DNA of 64,000 nt from an uncultured delta proteobacterium (GCA_963767925.1 CAVYGB010000008.1:1088001-1152000); one strand, 5' to 3'; shown: positions 20,278 through 31,112, numbered from the stretch's first letter. Notes: a model not told the origin generated them from the letters alone. Numbers and translations are program-made.

Positions 20278-22471
20278 TCAGCGCCGGGCGCGGGCGGGGT
20301 GGGGCCGTTCGACCCCCAGGCGGTCGGCCAGGGCCTCCAGCCCGGTAGGGGCGGCGTGCCGCCCGCGGGCGGCTTGCAGCCCCATCCACACCCATTCCTC
20401 GGTCCGCCGCCGGGCCTCGTCGTGGACCGCCTCCGGCACCACGCCGAGCATGTCGCCCACCGCCTGGATGGCCTCGGGCTCGGCCTCGGCGGCCGGGTGT
20501 TCGAGCAACCTGCGCAGCAGGTCGCCGAAAGCCGGGCGGAGCCCGGGGGCGACCGTCAGGCCTGCGCCGCCGCTCACCCGGGCCAGCTCGAGCGCCCGCA
20601 GGCATTCCCGGCCGCTCACCCGGAGGGCGAGGGCCAGCCGGGCCAGCAGGGCGAACACGATCGGCTCGCGGGCCTCTTCGGGCAGGGCCTTCAGCGTGAG
20701 GTGGGTGCGGCCCACCCGGCATTGCACCGAGAGCGGACCGTGGGTCGAGGCCTGGTAGGCGAGGGTCTCGACCTCGCCCGTGCGCAGCCGTTTCACCTCG
20801 GCGCGGCCACGCACCTGGGCCGGCTTCCGCCCGGCGAGGGCCGGACGGTCGATGGCGAACCCCGGCAAGCTGGCGTGTCCGGCCTTCGAGCCGGCCCCCG
20901 CCACCTCGGCCATGGCCAGCGCCGCGAGGGCGTGGGCCGAGCTGGTGCGGTGCTGGGCCATGCGCCGGAACACGTCGGCCCCGGTGCCGGCCTGGGGGAT
21001 GTTGCTGCGGGCCAGGGCCAGTCGATCCAGCACCGGCTCGAGGGGAGCCTTTTCCCCGAGGTCCTTCCATAGATCGAGGGCGTAGGCGGCCTGGCGGATC
21101 ACCAGGGCGGCCTCGACGCCGGCGACGTCGTCGAAGAACCAGCCGCAGCTCGCGTACATCAGCAGGCTCGCCCGCTGCATCTCGAGGAGGAGGCTGGCCC
21201 GCCGGCGCGCCGCCCGGTTGCCTCCCCGCAAGGAGGCGCGGCCATGACGAGCCAGGAAGGCCAGCCGCTGCTCGGGCGCCGCCTCGAGCACGGCCCCGAA
21301 GTCGTCCCGGAGCTTCCAGGGATCGGCGAACAGCTCTCCGCCGTGTGCTTCGAAGAGAGCGGCGGCCCGCCCGCGCAGGTCGTCGAGCGCCTCCCGCAGG
21401 GGGGCCCGCCAGGCCTGGGTCCAGCCGCTCTCCGAGCGCGAGACCATGGCGCAGCCGCAGTCGCGCTGCCAGCGGCCCAGGCCGTGGGGGCAGCTCCAGG
21501 CGGTGCCCTCGCCGCCCGGTCCCTTGGCCAGCTCCGCCTCCCACTGGGGAGGCTCGTCCCGCAGGTAGGCGGCCAGGTTCGTCACCTCCAGCCCCCGGCT
21601 GGCCGCGCTCACCGCCGCCACGTGGGCCAGGGTCAGGTCGGCGAACTTCTTGTGGTGTCCGTAGAGCTCGCCGTCGGAGGCGGCCAGCACCAGCCGGCGC
21701 GTCGCCACGCTCGAGCGGGCGGCGCTGGCCGAGACGGCGGCGAGGTAGGACTCGCTGTCCCGGGTGGCCGTCCCGAAGGCCAGCTCGCGCGACAGCGGGC
21801 CGTCGAACACCGCCAGCGCCAGGGAGCGGCCCGAGCCGTCTCCGTGCACGAAGCGGTAGGCCCGACCGGTGTCGACGGTGTCGCGGGTGACGGGTTTCCA
21901 GGCCCCCCCCGGCGGGCGCACCGCCGCGATCTGCTCGGGCGCCACGATGGTGTAGCTCAGCCCGGCCTCGATGAGGGCCTCCAGCGTGGGGGCGTCGGCC
22001 GCCGTCTCTGGGCAGCCAGATGCCGTCGGCGGGCCGGCCAAAGCGCCGCTCGAAGTCGTGCAGGCCCCAGCGGATCTGGGTGCGCCGATCGCGCGGCTCA
22101 CACAGCGGGGTGATGGGGTGGCCCCAGACCTGGGCCAGGGCGCCGCCCGCGCCGAGCTGCCGGCGCTGCTCCTCGTCGCCGGCGCGCATCTGCTGGCTGG
22201 TGATGGGATCGGTGACGTCGATCCAGCGGGCCAGGGTGGGGCCCACGTTGAACGACAGGTGCCTGTAGTTGTTGACCAGCGCCTGGATGCGCCCGCCCGC
22301 CCCGTACACCCGGGCGAAGGCGTTGGCCCGGTAGGACTCGGAGAGGATGCGTTCGTTCCAGTCGTGGTAAGGGGCGGCGCTGGGCTCCCGGGAGACGGCG
22401 TCGGTCCAGGGGTTCTCCCGGGGCGGCTGATAGAAGTGGCCGTGCACCACCAGCGCGATTGGGGCCGTCAC
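20278..22471 (-). pseudogene. GH57 / DUF3536 glycoside hydrolase interrupted by a +1 frameshift (pseudogene or sequencing error)
   Basis: N-terminus HGHFYQPPRENPW..GIWLP is in one frame. ETAAD..DGELYGHH..TAWSCPHG..MYASCGWFFDD is in another. One extra base near 22009; the repaired product is about 730 aa. Confidence 0.88.
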
Positions 22472-22490
22472 GTGATCTCCGCCGGCCGTC

Positions 22491-23747
22491 TCACAGGTCG
22501 CGCGAGCGCGTGACCAGCGTGTCGCGCGCCTTGGCCACCACCGTGATACCGCCGTCGCTCACGTGGTGGCGGATGGCATCCCGCGCGAGGTCGTGGCCGA
22601 TGTGGTCGCCATCGGCCACCCGGACGTTCTTGTCGATGATGGCCCGCTGGATGCGCGCCCGCCGCCCAACGTGGACGTTGTCGAGCAGGATGGAGTCGCG
22701 GATCTCCGAGCCCTCGCCCACGAACACGTTGCGGCCCAGGAGGGAGTCCTTCACGAAACCACCGGCGATGATGCAGCCGCCGGCGATGATCGACTGCAGC
22801 ACCATGCCCCGGCGTTCGGGGTCGTCGAACACCAGCTTGGAAGGTGGGTCGGGGTAGTTGGCGCTGAGAATGGGCCACTCCCAGTTGTAGAGGTTGAAGT
22901 GGGGCACCACGTTCTTGAGGTCGAGGTTGGCCTCATAATAGGCCTCGATCGTCCCCACGTCCCGCCAATACGCATGTTCACCAGCGTCGGTGACGCCGGG
23001 GATTCGATTCTGGCTGAAGTCGTAGGCGTATACCCGACCGCTCTTGAGCATTTCCGGGAGGATGTTGCGCCCGAAATCGTGGTGGGATTCGGCCTCGGCG
23101 TCCCGGAGCAGGGCGGCCGCCAGCGGCCCCGGCGCGAACACGTAGTTCCCCATCGAGGCCAGGCAGCGGGTGGGGTCCCCCGGCATGGTGAAGATGTCGC
23201 GGTCGGGCTTCTCCTGGAACCCGGTGATGCGGCCGTCCGGCTCGGTCTTTACCACCCCGAAGCTCGAGGCCTCGCTGACCGGGGTGGGGATACAGGCCAC
23301 CGTCCCGAGCGCGTTCCGATCGATGTGAAAGTCGACCATCTGGCGGACGTTCATCTTGTAGACGTGGTCCGCCCCGAACACGAGGACCAGGTCGGGCCGG
23401 TAGTCCTCCACCATCTGGAAGTTCTGGTAGACGGAGTCGGCGGTGCCCCGGTACCAGGACTCACCGATCCGCATCTGGGCGGGGACCACGGTGACGAAGT
23501 CCGAGTAGGAGTTGCGCATGCTCCAGGTGCGCTGGATGTGCTCCACCAGGGACTGGGCCTTGTACTGGGTGAGCACGTAAATTGCGCGGATTCCGGAGTT
23601 GACCAGGTTCGAGAGCACGAAGTCGATGATTCGGTAGCGCGCACCGAAGGGCACCGCGGGCTTCGCGCGTTCGAGCGTCAGGGGGTAGAGCCGGGCTCCG
23701 CGCCCGCCGGCCATCACGAGGGCCAGGAGGCGTGTTTGAGGATCCAT
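22491..23747 (-). CDS. glgC: Glucose-1-phosphate adenylyltransferase
   Basis: MAGGRGARLYPLT..RAKPAVPFG, WYRGTAD, FGADHVYKM, ASMGNY, HDFG, YWRDVGT. Start moved to ATG 23747. Confidence 0.96.
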   Translation of the reverse strand: MDPQTRLLALVMAGGRGARLYPLTLERAKPAVPFGARYRIIDFVLSNLVNSGIRAIYVLTQYKAQSLVEHIQRTWSMRNSYSDFVTVVPAQMRIGESWYRGTADSVYQNFQMVEDYRPDLVLVFGADHVYKMNVRQMVDFHIDRNALGTVACIPTPVSEASSFGVVKTEPDGRITGFQEKPDRDIFTMPGDPTRCLASMGNYVFAPGPLAAALLRDAEAESHHDFGRNILPEMLKSGRVYAYDFSQNRIPGVTDAGEHAYWRDVGTIEAYYEANLDLKNVVPHFNLYNWEWPILSANYPDPPSKLVFDDPERRGMVLQSIIAGGCIIAGGFVKDSLLGRNVFVGEGSEIRDSILLDNVHVGRRARIQRAIIDKNVRVADGDHIGHDLARDAIRHHVSDGGITVVAKARDTLVTRSRDL

Positions 23748-23907
23748 CGAAGTCGCCCAGTATACCGTGGTGTGTCCCGCGGAAGAAATGTGCTCTCGCA
23801 TCTCCTTTCGCGCCGGGGGAGCTTCGGAAATTTTTGGGAGATTTGATCGTCGCATCGAATGGCTTCGGCTTCTCGAATGGCAGGCGTGCAAGTACAATCC
23901 TCGGTGC

Positions 23908-26052
23908 ATGTCTCCCGAGGATCGCTTCGAACGCCAGCTCAGCGAACTGGCGATGAACCTGTGGTGGTCGTGGCATCCGGACTCGATCAAGCTGTTTCGT
24001 GACCTGGATCCAGAGGGTTTCCGGGCCTCGAAACACAACGCGCTCCGCGTGGTCAAGTCCCTCACGCCCGAGCGGATCGCCGTCCTGGCCAAGGACGCCG
24101 TCCTGCGGGCCCGGGTCGATCGGGCCCACCGCGAGTTCCGCGCATACATGTCCCCCCAGGCGGTGACCTGGGCGTCGACTCAGGCCGCGCCCCTCCGGGT
24201 GAGACCCGTGGCCTACCTGTCGGCGGAGTTCGGCCTGCACGAGTCGCTGCCCATCTACAGCGGCGGCCTGGGCGTGCTCGCGGGCGACCACCTCAAGACC
24301 GCCTCCGACCTCGGCCTGCCCATGGTGGGCGTGGGGCTGTTCTACCGGGAGTCCTACTTCCGGCAGCAGATCGACCGGGAGGGACACCAGCACGCGGAAT
24401 ACACCGACTTCCCCATGGAGTACTTCCCGGCCACCCTGCTGCGGACGGCAGAGGGGGAGCCCCTGCTGATCGAGGTCCCCCTCGCCACCGAGAAGCTGTT
24501 CACCCAGGTCTGGCAGATCAGCGTGGGGCGCACCCCCCTCCTGCTGCTCGACACCGACGTGCCCCAGAACTCCACCGAGAACCGGGAGCTGGCCGCCCGC
24601 CTCTATTTCGGCGACCAGCGGGTCCGCATCCGGCAGGAGCTGCTGCTCGGGGTGGGCGGCATCCGGGCCATGCGGGCGGCGGGCATCAACTGGAGCCTCC
24701 TTCACCTCAACGAGGGCCACAGCGCCTTCGCCACCCTGGAGTTCACCCGCCTGCGCATGGAGGCCACCGGGGCCAGCTTCTGGGTCGCCGCCCAGGAGGT
24801 GGCGCAGTCCTCGGTGTTCACCACCCACACCCCGGTCGACGCCGGCCACGACCGGTTCCCGCCCGAGCTCGTCGACGAGCACCTCGAGCCGCTGCGCCGC
24901 TCGCTCGGCATCACCCGGGAGGAGTTCCTGGGCCTGGGCCGCATCCGCCCCGCCGATCCGCGCGAGGCCCTCTGCATGACGGTGCTCGCGTTCAAGATGT
25001 CCCGCTACGCCAACGCCGTCTCCAACCTGCACGCCCGGGTCACCCGCAAATCCTGGCAGGTGCTCTGGCCCCACCACCGGGAGGACGAGGTGCCGATCGG
25101 GCACATCACCAACGGGGTGCACGTCCGCACCTGGGTGGCGCCCGCCATGCAGGAGCTCTACCGCCACCACATCGGCCCCCACTGGGTCGAGAGCCTGACC
25201 GACCCGACCATGTGGGCCCGCATCGAGAAGGTCTACGACGCCGAGCTGTGGGAGACCCACCGCACCCTGCGGGCCAGCCTGGTCCAGTTCGTTCGCCGCG
25301 AGCTGGGCGTCCAGCGCCGGCGCGACGGCTACAGCGACGAGCTGATGGCCGCGGCGCAGGAGGCGCTCGATCCGGACGCCCTCACCATCGGGTTCGCCCG
25401 TCGGTTCGCCACCTACAAACGGGCCAACATGATCTTCCGGGACCACGATCGGCTGCGCCGGCTGCTGCTCGATTCCAAGCGGCCGGTCCAGCTCATCTTC
25501 TCGGGCAAGGCCCACCCGGCCGACCGCCCCGGGCAGGAGATCCTGCGCACCGTCTTCCAGGCTTCGCTGTCCTCCGAGCTGCGCCACCGCATCGTCTTCA
25601 TCGAGGATTACGACATCAACATCGCCCGCCACCTGGTGCAGGGGGTGGACCTGTGGCTCAACACCCCCCGGCGCCCCCAGGAGGCGAGCGGCACCAGCGG
25701 GCAGAAGGTCCTCCTCAACGGCGGGCTCAACCTCTCGGTCCTCGATGGCTGGTGGGCGGAGGCCTACGACGGGCTCAACGGCTTCGCCATCGGCGACGTG
25801 ACCACCCACGTCTCACCCGAGGAGCAGGATCGGCGGGACGGCGAGTCCCTCTTCCGCACCCTCGAGGAGCAGGTGGTGCCGCTCTACTACCAGCGCGACG
25901 AATACGGGGTGCCGCGGGGCTGGGTGGCACGCATGAAGCAGTCGCTGCGCACCCTGGGCTGGCGCTTCAACACCGATCGGATGTTGATGGACTACGTCCG
26001 CGAGTGTTACCTGCCAGCCGCCGGGACGACGAGCTGCGCGATGCCGAAGTGA
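23908..26052 (+). CDS. glgP: Alpha-glucan (glycogen) phosphorylase
   Basis: NLWWSW, EFGLHESLPIYSGGLG, HLNEGH, FARRFATYKR, GKAHPAD, EASGTSGQK (PLP lysine). Start moved to ATG 23908. Confidence 0.95.
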   Translation: MSPEDRFERQLSELAMNLWWSWHPDSIKLFRDLDPEGFRASKHNALRVVKSLTPERIAVLAKDAVLRARVDRAHREFRAYMSPQAVTWASTQAAPLRVRPVAYLSAEFGLHESLPIYSGGLGVLAGDHLKTASDLGLPMVGVGLFYRESYFRQQIDREGHQHAEYTDFPMEYFPATLLRTAEGEPLLIEVPLATEKLFTQVWQISVGRTPLLLLDTDVPQNSTENRELAARLYFGDQRVRIRQELLLGVGGIRAMRAAGINWSLLHLNEGHSAFATLEFTRLRMEATGASFWVAAQEVAQSSVFTTHTPVDAGHDRFPPELVDEHLEPLRRSLGITREEFLGLGRIRPADPREALCMTVLAFKMSRYANAVSNLHARVTRKSWQVLWPHHREDEVPIGHITNGVHVRTWVAPAMQELYRHHIGPHWVESLTDPTMWARIEKVYDAELWETHRTLRASLVQFVRRELGVQRRRDGYSDELMAAAQEALDPDALTIGFARRFATYKRANMIFRDHDRLRRLLLDSKRPVQLIFSGKAHPADRPGQEILRTVFQASLSSELRHRIVFIEDYDINIARHLVQGVDLWLNTPRRPQEASGTSGQKVLLNGGLNLSVLDGWWAEAYDGLNGFAIGDVTTHVSPEEQDRRDGESLFRTLEEQVVPLYYQRDEYGVPRGWVARMKQSLRTLGWRFNTDRMLMDYVRECYLPAAGTTSCAMPK

Positions 26053-26064
26053 CCACCGGTTGAC

Positions 26065-26598
26065 TCACGACGGGCGGGCGAGGGCTCGCCGCCGGGGGAA
26101 CAGACAGCTCCGCATCTGCTCGACCGGCACGTCGAATCGGCGGGCCAGCTCGGCGAGCACGAGCGGCGCCAGGCGTCCTTCGGGCGGGCGGGCGAAGGCC
26201 TCGACGAGGGCCCCGTCGAGCGCTTCCCCGGCCAGGAGCTCGGCCCGCGCCACAACCTCCGCCCCGACCGTGGCCCGGGCCGCCCGCCCGCGCCGGACCG
26301 TGGGGTCACCCTTGACCAGCAGGGCGGCGGTCATGAGGCGGTGGAAGGCCGCGATCCAGCCCATCCACGGCTCGGATGGCCCGCCCTCCGCGGCCAGCCG
26401 GGCGGCCCGCGCCCGCCGCAGGAGCTCGGCGGGTCCCAGCGTGTCGAGCTCCCGCAGCGAACCGGGGAAGCGCCGGGCGAGCTGGCGCAGCTCCTCCCGG
26501 GTGGCCTCCGGGCCTCCGCCGTCGCGCCGGGTGCGCAGGTGCACCAGGGCGTCGTACTTGTCTGCGAGCGCCAAGAGCTCGGCCGAGATCGGCGCCAT
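26065..26598 (-). CDS. Hypothetical protein (177 aa)
   Basis: Fills the gap between glgP and the cupredoxin gene. TATACT 6 nt before the ATG; GC-rich third codon positions. Confidence 0.65.
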   Translation of the reverse strand: MAPISAELLALADKYDALVHLRTRRDGGGPEATREELRQLARRFPGSLRELDTLGPAELLRRARAARLAAEGGPSEPWMGWIAAFHRLMTAALLVKGDPTVRRGRAARATVGAEVVARAELLAGEALDGALVEAFARPPEGRLAPLVLAELARRFDVPVEQMRSCLFPRRRALARPS

Positions 26599-26619
26599 CG
26601 ATGTAGTATACCGACCGTC

Positions 26620-27042
26620 ATGAGCAAGCTCCGGGTCCACGTTCTGGTGGCTCTCGTCCTCGCCGTGGGGGCGTGCAAGAAGAATCAGCCGGCGGCGCCG
26701 CCCCCGTCCCCCGCGCCCGCGGCCGAGCCCGCCCCGCCTGCCCAGCCCCCGGCCCCCGCGGTGCCGTCGGCGTCGGGCAAGGTCGAGATGACCATCACGG
26801 AGGAGGGGTTCGTGCCGAGCCGCATCCTGGCGAAGGCTGGCCAGCCCCTGATCCTCGCCATCACCCGGAAGGCCGAGCGGACCTGCGCCACCGAGATCCT
26901 GTTTCACGGCCAGGAGGGCAAGACCGACCTGCCCCTCAACAAGACGGTCGAGGTGACCTACGTGCCCAAGTCGAGCGGACCGGTCAAGTTCGGCTGCGCG
27001 ATGGGCATGATGATCGGCGGCGTGATCGAGGTCAGCCCGTGA
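26620..27042 (+). CDS. Cupredoxin-domain lipoprotein (CupA-like)
   Basis: Lipobox VGAC, Pro/Ala linker, GFVPSRI.AKAGQP, C..TEI and FGCAMGMM Cys/Met copper motif. Confidence 0.8.
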   Translation: MSKLRVHVLVALVLAVGACKKNQPAAPPPSPAPAAEPAPPAQPPAPAVPSASGKVEMTITEEGFVPSRILAKAGQPLILAITRKAERTCATEILFHGQEGKTDLPLNKTVEVTYVPKSSGPVKFGCAMGMMIGGVIEVSP

Positions 27043-28402
27043 CCCGCCCCGACGCCCGGTAAGCGTCGGCCAGCAGCTCGATCGGGTGCTGGACCCGGAT
27101 GGGCAGGCCGGCCGCCCGCAGGCCGCCTCCGATCTGGAGGAGGCAGCCGGGGTTTCCGCTCGTCACGACGCTGGCCCCGCTGCGCTGGATGGCGGCGATC
27201 TTCCGATCGCCTATGCGGCCGGAGAGGGCCGGCTCGAGCAGGGAGTAGATCCCCGCGCTGCCGCAGCAGGCATCCGCCTCCTCGAGCGGCACCAGCGTGA
27301 GGCCGGGAACGCTGCGCAGCAGGCGCCGGGGGGCCTCGCTCACCTTCTGGGCGTGCAGCAGGTGGCAAGGCTCGTCGTAGGCCACCTTGCCGGTGATGGC
27401 CCCCGGGCCGGCGGGCGGCGCGAAGCCGATCTCACACAGGAACTCCGACACGTCCCGGATCCGGGCGCCGAAGGCGGCCGCTTCGGGGTCTCCGAGCAGC
27501 TCGCCGTAGTGACGGAGCTCGGCGCTGCAGCCGGCCGCGTTCGAGACGATGGCGTCGTAGCCACGCCCGGCGAACAGCCGCACGTTGTGGCGAGCCAGGT
27601 CCCGGGCCTGCTCCCGCGCGCCGTTGTGGATGTGCAGGGCTCCGCAGCAGCCCTCGTCGTCCAGCACCTCCACCTCGCACCCGTTTTCGGTGAGGACCCG
27701 GACCGTCGCCTCGTTGACCCCCGCAAAGAGCTGATCGGCCAGACAGCCGGTCACCAGCGCCACCTTGCGCCGCTGCTCGCCGCGGGCGGGAAAGACGTAC
27801 GCCTGGCGATCCCGGCGATGGGCCGGACTGTTCTGGGCCCGGAACGATCGCCGGGGCACGGGCGGCGCCTGCCGGGCCGCAGCCGCCAGGGCCCGGGGCA
27901 GGAGCTTGCGGCTGGCCAGCCAGCCGCCCAGTCGGGTGATCCGGCTGACCTCGAGGAGCCAGAGCAGCTTGAAAAGCAGCCCCTGGGCCAGGCGCGAGGG
28001 CAGTAGCACCGTGAACCCCAGCCAGCGCCCCAGCCGGGCCAACGCCCCCCGCTGCCGCACCGGCTCGAGCACCGTGCGCGTGTGCTCGAGGATGTTGCCG
28101 TACTCCACCCCGGAGGGGCAGGCCGTCTCGCAGGCCCGGCAGTCGAGGCACTGGTCCAGGTGGCGCAGGACCTGAGGGGAGGGGGCGATCTTGTTCTCCA
28201 GGAGTCCCCGCATGAGGTAGATGCGCCCTCGCGGCGAATCCATCTCCACCCGCAGCTCGCGGTAGGTCGGGCAGGCCTCCAGGCAGAGCCCACAGTGCAC
28301 ACAGGTGGCGACCTTCTCGAAAGAAGGCGCCCCCGGGGTGTCGAAGCCGAGGACCTTCAGAGCCGCAGGCGGCCGGGGTTCAAGATGCCGTTCGGATCCC
28401 AT
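27032..28402 (-). CDS. glcF: Glycolate oxidase Fe-S subunit
   Basis: CVHCGLCLEACPTY, SPRGRI, CLDCRACETACPSGV, two CCG domains (CCGALH, CCGSAG), NPGC. Start is ATG 28402 or CTG 28360. Confidence 0.88.
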   Translation of the reverse strand: MGSERHLEPRPPAALKVLGFDTPGAPSFEKVATCVHCGLCLEACPTYRELRVEMDSPRGRIYLMRGLLENKIAPSPQVLRHLDQCLDCRACETACPSGVEYGNILEHTRTVLEPVRQRGALARLGRWLGFTVLLPSRLAQGLLFKLLWLLEVSRITRLGGWLASRKLLPRALAAAARQAPPVPRRSFRAQNSPAHRRDRQAYVFPARGEQRRKVALVTGCLADQLFAGVNEATVRVLTENGCEVEVLDDEGCCGALHIHNGAREQARDLARHNVRLFAGRGYDAIVSNAAGCSAELRHYGELLGDPEAAAFGARIRDVSEFLCEIGFAPPAGPGAITGKVAYDEPCHLLHAQKVSEAPRRLLRSVPGLTLVPLEEADACCGSAGIYSLLEPALSGRIGDRKIAAIQRSGASVVTSGNPGCLLQIGGGLRAAGLPIRVQHPIELLADAYRASGRVTG

Positions 28403-29592
28403 GCTTCCTTGATGCTGCGACCGAGCCCATGGCTGCTGCCGCCCCAGGGGAGCGTTTCGCGGCCGGAGATGCCCAGGGGGGCCGCCTCGACAACGACGTA
28501 CCCGCGGCGGGCGCGAGCCCGGGTCTCCCAGTCCGCCAGCCGGGCGTTGAGCTCGGGGATGGGGGCGCGGGGCAGGCGGACGCGGGCCAGACCGGTGCCG
28601 GCCTGGCAGAAGACCGCGCGCGCGCCGACGCCCTCGAGATCGAAGCCCGCGAGCAGGCCGGGCAGGTCGTGCGGGCGGGCGCCGACCCGGATCGTGATCT
28701 GATCGGCGGCGCGGGCTGGCGCGTCCCGGAAGGCTTGCCACAGCCGCTCGGCGGCGCCGCCCTCCAGCAGGACCGCCTCCGCTGCCCGGGCCCGGAAGGC
28801 CTCCAGGTCGCGGACATGCCGATCGAACGCCGCCGCCGACCCCTCGAAGCCGACGATGGCGACCGCCGGGGTGCCCGGGAGCTCGGGGACCGAGGTCCGG
28901 AGGGCCGCCATGGCCCCCCCGTCGAGCCCCTCGAGCGCCACCGGGCGCAAGGCCGTGGCCCGCAGCTCGAGCAGGAGCGAGAGCGCGGCCGACAGGCAGT
29001 CCTGACCGAGGAGAAGGGCACCGAGCCGGGCCGGGCGGGTGCTGACCTTGAAGTGGGCCTCCACGATGACGCCGAGCACGCCCATGGCCCCGACCTGGGG
29101 GCGGTGCAGGTCGAACCCGCTCACGTTCTTGACCACCCGGCCACCCGAGCGGGTGACCTGGCCGCTGATCCCCACGCTGTGCAGCCCCAGCAGGTGATCT
29201 TTGATCGTTCCGTACCCAAGCCGGCGCGGCCCTGAGCTGGCGGTGGCGAGCACCCCGCCGACGGTAGCGTTGGCGTAAGGCGGGTCGATGGGGAGCCACT
29301 GGCGGTGTTCGGCCAGGGTTCGCTGCAGGTCCACCAGGCGCGTGCCAGCCCGCACGCTCACGACCATGTCCGCGGGATCGTAGGCGGTGATCTGCGACAG
29401 GCGCCGCATCGACAGCCGCCGGACCCGCTCTGGCGCCGCCGGTCCGTGGTGCCGCTTGGTGCCGTTGCCCTCGCAGAGCAGCGGCTGCCGGCGTGACGCG
29501 CACTCGCGCACCAGCTCGCCCAGCTCGTCTTCGCTGGCCGGCGCCAGGGCCGAGCCAGCGGGGGAGATCCCGGACGCGGGGGTGACCGACAT
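28357..29592 (-). CDS. glcE: Glycolate oxidase FAD-binding subunit
   Basis: YDPADMVVSVRAGT, ATVGG, SGGRVVKNVSGFDL, WDPNGILNPGR; TGATG-coupled to glcD. Confidence 0.85.
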   Translation of the reverse strand: MSVTPASGISPAGSALAPASEDELGELVRECASRRQPLLCEGNGTKRHHGPAAPERVRRLSMRRLSQITAYDPADMVVSVRAGTRLVDLQRTLAEHRQWLPIDPPYANATVGGVLATASSGPRRLGYGTIKDHLLGLHSVGISGQVTRSGGRVVKNVSGFDLHRPQVGAMGVLGVIVEAHFKVSTRPARLGALLLGQDCLSAALSLLLELRATALRPVALEGLDGGAMAALRTSVPELPGTPAVAIVGFEGSAAAFDRHVRDLEAFRARAAEAVLLEGGAAERLWQAFRDAPARAADQITIRVGARPHDLPGLLAGFDLEGVGARAVFCQAGTGLARVRLPRAPIPELNARLADWETRARARRGYVVVEAAPLGISGRETLPWGGSSHGLGRSIKEAWDPNGILNPGRLRL

Positions 29593-31112
29593 CAGTGACC
29601 CAGGGGCACCTTGCGGCCGCTGCCCGGACCGGGCTCCAGGCAGCGCCCCGGCGAGGGGATCACCTTGCCGGGGTTGCACAGGCCGCGCGGGTTGAAGACG
29701 TCGCGCAGCCGCCGCATCTCGGCCAGGCTGGCCTCGTCGAACAGCCGATCCATGTAGCCGATCTTCTCGAGGCCGATGCCGTGTTCACCTGACAGCGCCC
29801 CGCCGACCGAGATGACGAGCTTGAGGATCCCGTCCCCCGCCGCCTTGACCCGGGCCAGGACACCCGGCTGGCGCTCGTCGTACAGCACCACCGGGTGGAG
29901 GTTGCCGTCGCCAGCGTGAAAGACGTTTGCGATGGTGACCTGGTGCTCCTCGGCCAGACGGGCGATCTCGGCCAGCACCTCGGGCAGCCGCGTCCGGGGG
30001 ATGACCCCGTCGTGGGTGTAGTAGTTGGGAGCCAGCCGGCCCAGCGCCCCGAAGGCCTGCTTGCGGCCCTTCCACAGCTTGGCCCGCTCGGCATCGTCCC
30101 GGGCCAGACGCACCTCGCGCGCACCCGCTGCCCGGCATCCGGCGAGGACGGCGTCGGCCTGCTCGGGCAGCTCGTCCTCCAGCCCGTCGACCTCGATCAG
30201 CAGGACCGCCGCCGCGTCGAGCGGAAAGCCGGCCTGGATGTAAGCCTCCACCGCCCGGAGCGTGACCTGGTCGATGAGCTCGATGGCCGCCGGCGTGATG
30301 CCCCGCTGCAGGATCTCGGTCACCGCCCGGCAGGCGTCGGCCACCCGGTCGAACACGGCCAGCGCGGTCCGGACTCCCTCGGGCACCGGGGTGAGCCGCA
30401 CGAGGATCCTCGTCGCGATGCCGAAGGTCCCCTCCGAGCCAACGAAGGCAGACACCAGATCCAGCCCGGGCTGATCGGGCGCCGCCCCACCGAGCTCGAC
30501 CAGGCCGCCATCGGGCAGGACGACCTCCAGGGCCAGGACGTGGTTGGTTGTTACGCCGTATTTGAGGGTGTGGGGGCCGCCGGAGTTCTCCGCCACGTTG
30601 CCGCCGATGGTGCAGGCGTTCTGGCTGGAGGGGTCGGGGGCGTAATGAAGGCCGTGGGCCGCCACCGCCCGGGAGAGGTGGGCGTTGACCACCCCGGGGC
30701 CGACCCAGGCCTGCCGGTTGGGCAGGTCGATCTCGTGGATCTGGTTCAGGCGGGCGGTCGAGATGAGGACGCTGTCGACCGCGACCGCCCCGCCCGACAG
30801 GCCGGTGCCGGCGCCCCGGGCCAGGAAGGGGACCCCCTGGGCGGCGCAGATCTTCACGACGGCGACCACCTCCTCGGTGGTGGCGGGGAAGGTCACCGCC
30901 AGGGGCAGCCCGCGATCGAGGGTCTGGCCGTCGCACTCGTAGGCGAACAGGTCCTCGCTGCCGAGCACCACCCGATCGGCCGGGAGCAGGCGCTGGAGCT
31001 GGGCGCGCACGGCCAGCTTCGCCGCCGCGGGCACGGCGGCGGCGACATCGGCCAGCTCGGAGCCGGAGGCTCCGGGCGGCGGCAGGGCCGGCTGGCTGGC
31101 TCGCTGTTTCAT
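29592..31112 (-). CDS. glcD: Glycolate oxidase subunit D (FAD-linked oxidase)
   Basis: RGAGTGLSGG, APDPSSQ.ACTIGGNVAENSGG, GSEGTFG, HAGDGNLHP, GEHGIG, NPGK. Confidence 0.9.
   Translation of the reverse strand: MKQRASQPALPPPGASGSELADVAAAVPAAAKLAVRAQLQRLLPADRVVLGSEDLFAYECDGQTLDRGLPLAVTFPATTEEVVAVVKICAAQGVPFLARGAGTGLSGGAVAVDSVLISTARLNQIHEIDLPNRQAWVGPGVVNAHLSRAVAAHGLHYAPDPSSQNACTIGGNVAENSGGPHTLKYGVTTNHVLALEVVLPDGGLVELGGAAPDQPGLDLVSAFVGSEGTFGIATRILVRLTPVPEGVRTALAVFDRVADACRAVTEILQRGITPAAIELIDQVTLRAVEAYIQAGFPLDAAAVLLIEVDGLEDELPEQADAVLAGCRAAGAREVRLARDDAERAKLWKGRKQAFGALGRLAPNYYTHDGVIPRTRLPEVLAEIARLAEEHQVTIANVFHAGDGNLHPVVLYDERQPGVLARVKAAGDGILKLVISVGGALSGEHGIGLEKIGYMDRLFDEASLAEMRRLRDVFNPRGLCNPGKVIPSPGRCLEPGPGSGRKVPLGH

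Noticed and set aside
19916..22471. 851-aa ORF as a complete gene
   Set aside because: Only the first ~154 aa are GH57-like; the rest is out-of-frame read-through after the frameshift.
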